Assembly: GCA_030264375.1 (NCBI GenBank)
Contig: JASCQW010000119.1
Coordinates: 43,812,276 to 43,876,275, forward strand
Source: Carcharhinus longimanus
Taxonomy: Eukaryota
Length of the DNA: 64,000 nucleotides
Reading direction: 5' to 3'
The notes under the pieces are model-generated. The model worked only from the letters and a program-made list of their open reading frames with translations, was not told the DNA's origin and ran no database searches. A program made the translations under genes and the position numbers. Below, piece after piece: positions 61,821 through 64,000 of the stretch. How positions within the stretch are numbered: the stretch's first letter is position 1; every line of letters begins with the position of its first letter.

Positions 61821-62483
61821 ACCGATGAGAGAGTTGCCCATTCTGTCACATTGTGCAGCCATGTTGTTCTTTGCCTGCTTCTTGGTCGGTTATTTGCAAC
61901 TCTTCCAAACAGGGCCTGAATAAAGTGCTAAAGTTTGATATTTTCTCATTGATTTTATAATAGTTCAAGAAGCCTTTTATCAGCCACACTTCAAATACAA
62001 CACACTTTCAATGGACTTCTAGGGCACCACAATTCAAATGCAACCTTTTCAGTTTTCAAGTTTCAACTTTCAGATGGGCAGTGACGTTCGATACAAAGTA
62101 ATCCGTATGTATTCCACTTAATGGTTATACAAAATCTCCTTCAGGCTGTAAAAAGGCTCAATGCTGTCATCCATTTAATTTCTTTGTTGCTTTGACCGTC
62201 TATTGTTACAACAGTGCCAAGTCAACAAGTTAATGCAGTTATGCAATCATGTATTATCCACTTTGAGGTCAGCTTTTTTCAGAGCTTTACTTTATTTATG
62301 GTAACATTAACGTCATCCCAATGCATTGATTCTCAACCCACGCAGCCAAAATTGCCTGATAAACATTCTCAAATACCTCTTGTAATTTGTTTGGTATCTG
62401 CAATCAATACAATATCAACATGCTACCCCAGTCAATTTATGAGTTATTGAGTGATCTTGCACCCATCATCGAGGCCATCGAGA

Positions 62484-62700
62484 ATAAAAGCAAAGCACTG
62501 CGGATGCTGGAATGTGAAACAGAAACAAAAAATGCTGGAAAATATCAGCAGGTCTGACAGCATCTGTGGAGAGTGAATAGAGCCAACACTTCAAGTCAGC
62601 TCTGATGAAGGATCATCCTGACTTGAAACGTTGGCCTTATTCACTCTCCAAAGATGCTGTTGGGCCTTTTGAGATTTCCAGCATTTTCTGTTTTTGTTCT
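62484..62700 (+). mobile_element. ~217-bp hairpin element with a hammerhead ribozyme core (second PLE-related family)
   Basis: Arms ~62517-62599 / 62618-62698 are inverted repeats. CTGATGA 62602-62608, GAAA 62625-62628, palindrome AACGTT. Possible eroded TSD AGGCCATCGAGA / AAGTCATCAAGA. Confidence 0.75.
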
Positions 62701-63429
62701 AAGTCATCAAGACTGTTTCTGATATTAAATTAAATAAAGTGAACATGTACCCATTCTTACTTTTCTTCCCGTCTTTATCAATGCTGCTTTATATTTTAAA
62801 TCACAACAAATATTTTTGGAAGCATAATTTACCAACATAATGAGGGTTATTTTGAATTAATAAAAGCTTCCTGCCCCGCACTGTTAAATTGGTGCCTTTG
62901 GAGCACTTTCTTCCCAAACAGTGGCATTGGAATTAGGCTCCATCTTGCCACCGATGCCATGTTACAGAAACACCAAACACGTAAAATAGTGACCAAGAAT
63001 CTTGCTGTGTGGCATATCCTGACTGTAAGGGCACTAGTGCAAGTGTTCCATGTGTGTGCCCAATGCAGAATGGGTAAATTGTGATGTCAAATGGCATGTG
63101 CCACATGCTCTGCCATTTTGGACTCCCATTAGTCCTGTTAATACCCTCTTGCGATCACTTTTGTCTGGTCATGCAGTGAATATGCACAAGGGACACCATC
63201 TCTTTCCATCCCCAACTTCCAACTTGTGTCATTTGAAGAGCTAATTATCCAACTGCTAAATGAGTGTTTTTGACCTACTTTTGCTGGTGCAGTGTCAATG
63301 CAGAGTGTTCTGAATAATTGGAACAATTTTGCTAACTTTTTAGATTTTCAAGGAAGTGGCGTTGGTGTTGGAGGTCAGGGGAGTCTGTTAGCCTGACAGG
63401 AGAAATTCTGCTTCAGTAAAAGGTGGCTA

Positions 63430-64000
63430 TAGTTTCAGCCTCTCTTGGGCTATCCCACCATATGGAAATGGAGAAGAAGCAGCAGAGAAGAAGGCAAATG
63501 GTATGTTAGCCTTGATTGCAAGAGGACTTCAATGCAAGAACAAGGATGTCCTACTGCAGCTGTACAGGGTCTGGGTGAGACCACATTTGGAATATTGTGT
63601 CCAGCTTTGGCCTCCTTGCCTAACAGCGGCTTTACTTGCCACAGAGGGAGCGTAGCGAAGGTTCACCAGACTGATTCCTGGGATGGCAGAATCATCATAT
63701 GAGGAGAGGTTAGGTCAACTGAGTCTGTATTTACTGGGACTTAGAAGAAAGTGAAGAGATCTCATTGAAATGTATACAATTGTTGACAGAGATGGACAGG
63801 AATATAGGAATGATGGTTCCTCTGGCTGATGGAGGTGGTGAGGGGAGATGTGTCTAGAATAAGCAGTCACAGTTTCAGGATACACAGTAGGCCATTTAGG
63901 ACTAGGATGAGGAGAAATTTCGCTCAGAAATTGGTGAACGTGTAGTGTTCTCTACCACATGAAGCTGTGGAAGCCTCATCACTGAATATATTTAACAGGG
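63430..64000 (+). mobile_element. CR1 LINE ORF2 C-terminal fragment
   Basis: KKANGMLALIARG..KDVLLQLYRVWVRPHLEYCVQLWPP..RRFTRLIPGM..YEERL motifs. Confidence 0.9.

Noticed and set aside
34558-64000. Remaining KLHL13 exons (BTB/BACK and large kelch exon upstream, terminal exon below 34444)
   Set aside because: Searched by eye and in the ORF track on the minus strand and not found, so no full gene model is claimed.

Overview
Eukaryotic, gene-poor DNA that is almost certainly from a cartilaginous fish (shark). It is dominated by HE1-type V-SINEs, DeuSINE/SacSINE1-like SINEs, CR1/HER1, L2 and Rex1/Babar LINE fragments, Penelope-like elements (PLEs), PIF/Harbinger elements and LTR relics. It is a draft scaffold with 14 N-gaps, 11 of them exactly 100 N. 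There is no prokaryotic system, CRISPR array, rRNA or true tRNA. Almost all of the listed ORFs are chance ORFs or TE fragments. The only host coding sequence I recognise is one intact 114-nt kelch-repeat exon of KLHL13/KLHL9 type (34444-34557, minus strand). It sits alone inside a nested CR1>LTR>CR1 structure, which means either TE-mediated capture or a misjoin. The most notable observations are: (1) three different PLE-type hammerhead-ribozyme (HHR) motifs, two of them in ~180-220 bp non-coding hairpin elements, one with a clear 13-bp TSD (retrozyme-like mini-elements); (2) a heavily decayed, RT-less Gypsy relic not visible in the ORF track; (3) a 26-bp micro-inversion inside a PLE endonuclease; (4) a candidate recursive splice site; (5) several TE-free, motif-rich candidate enhancers. 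Repeat boundaries are approximate (typically +/-10-50 bp). Family names come from recall of the families, not from a database search.
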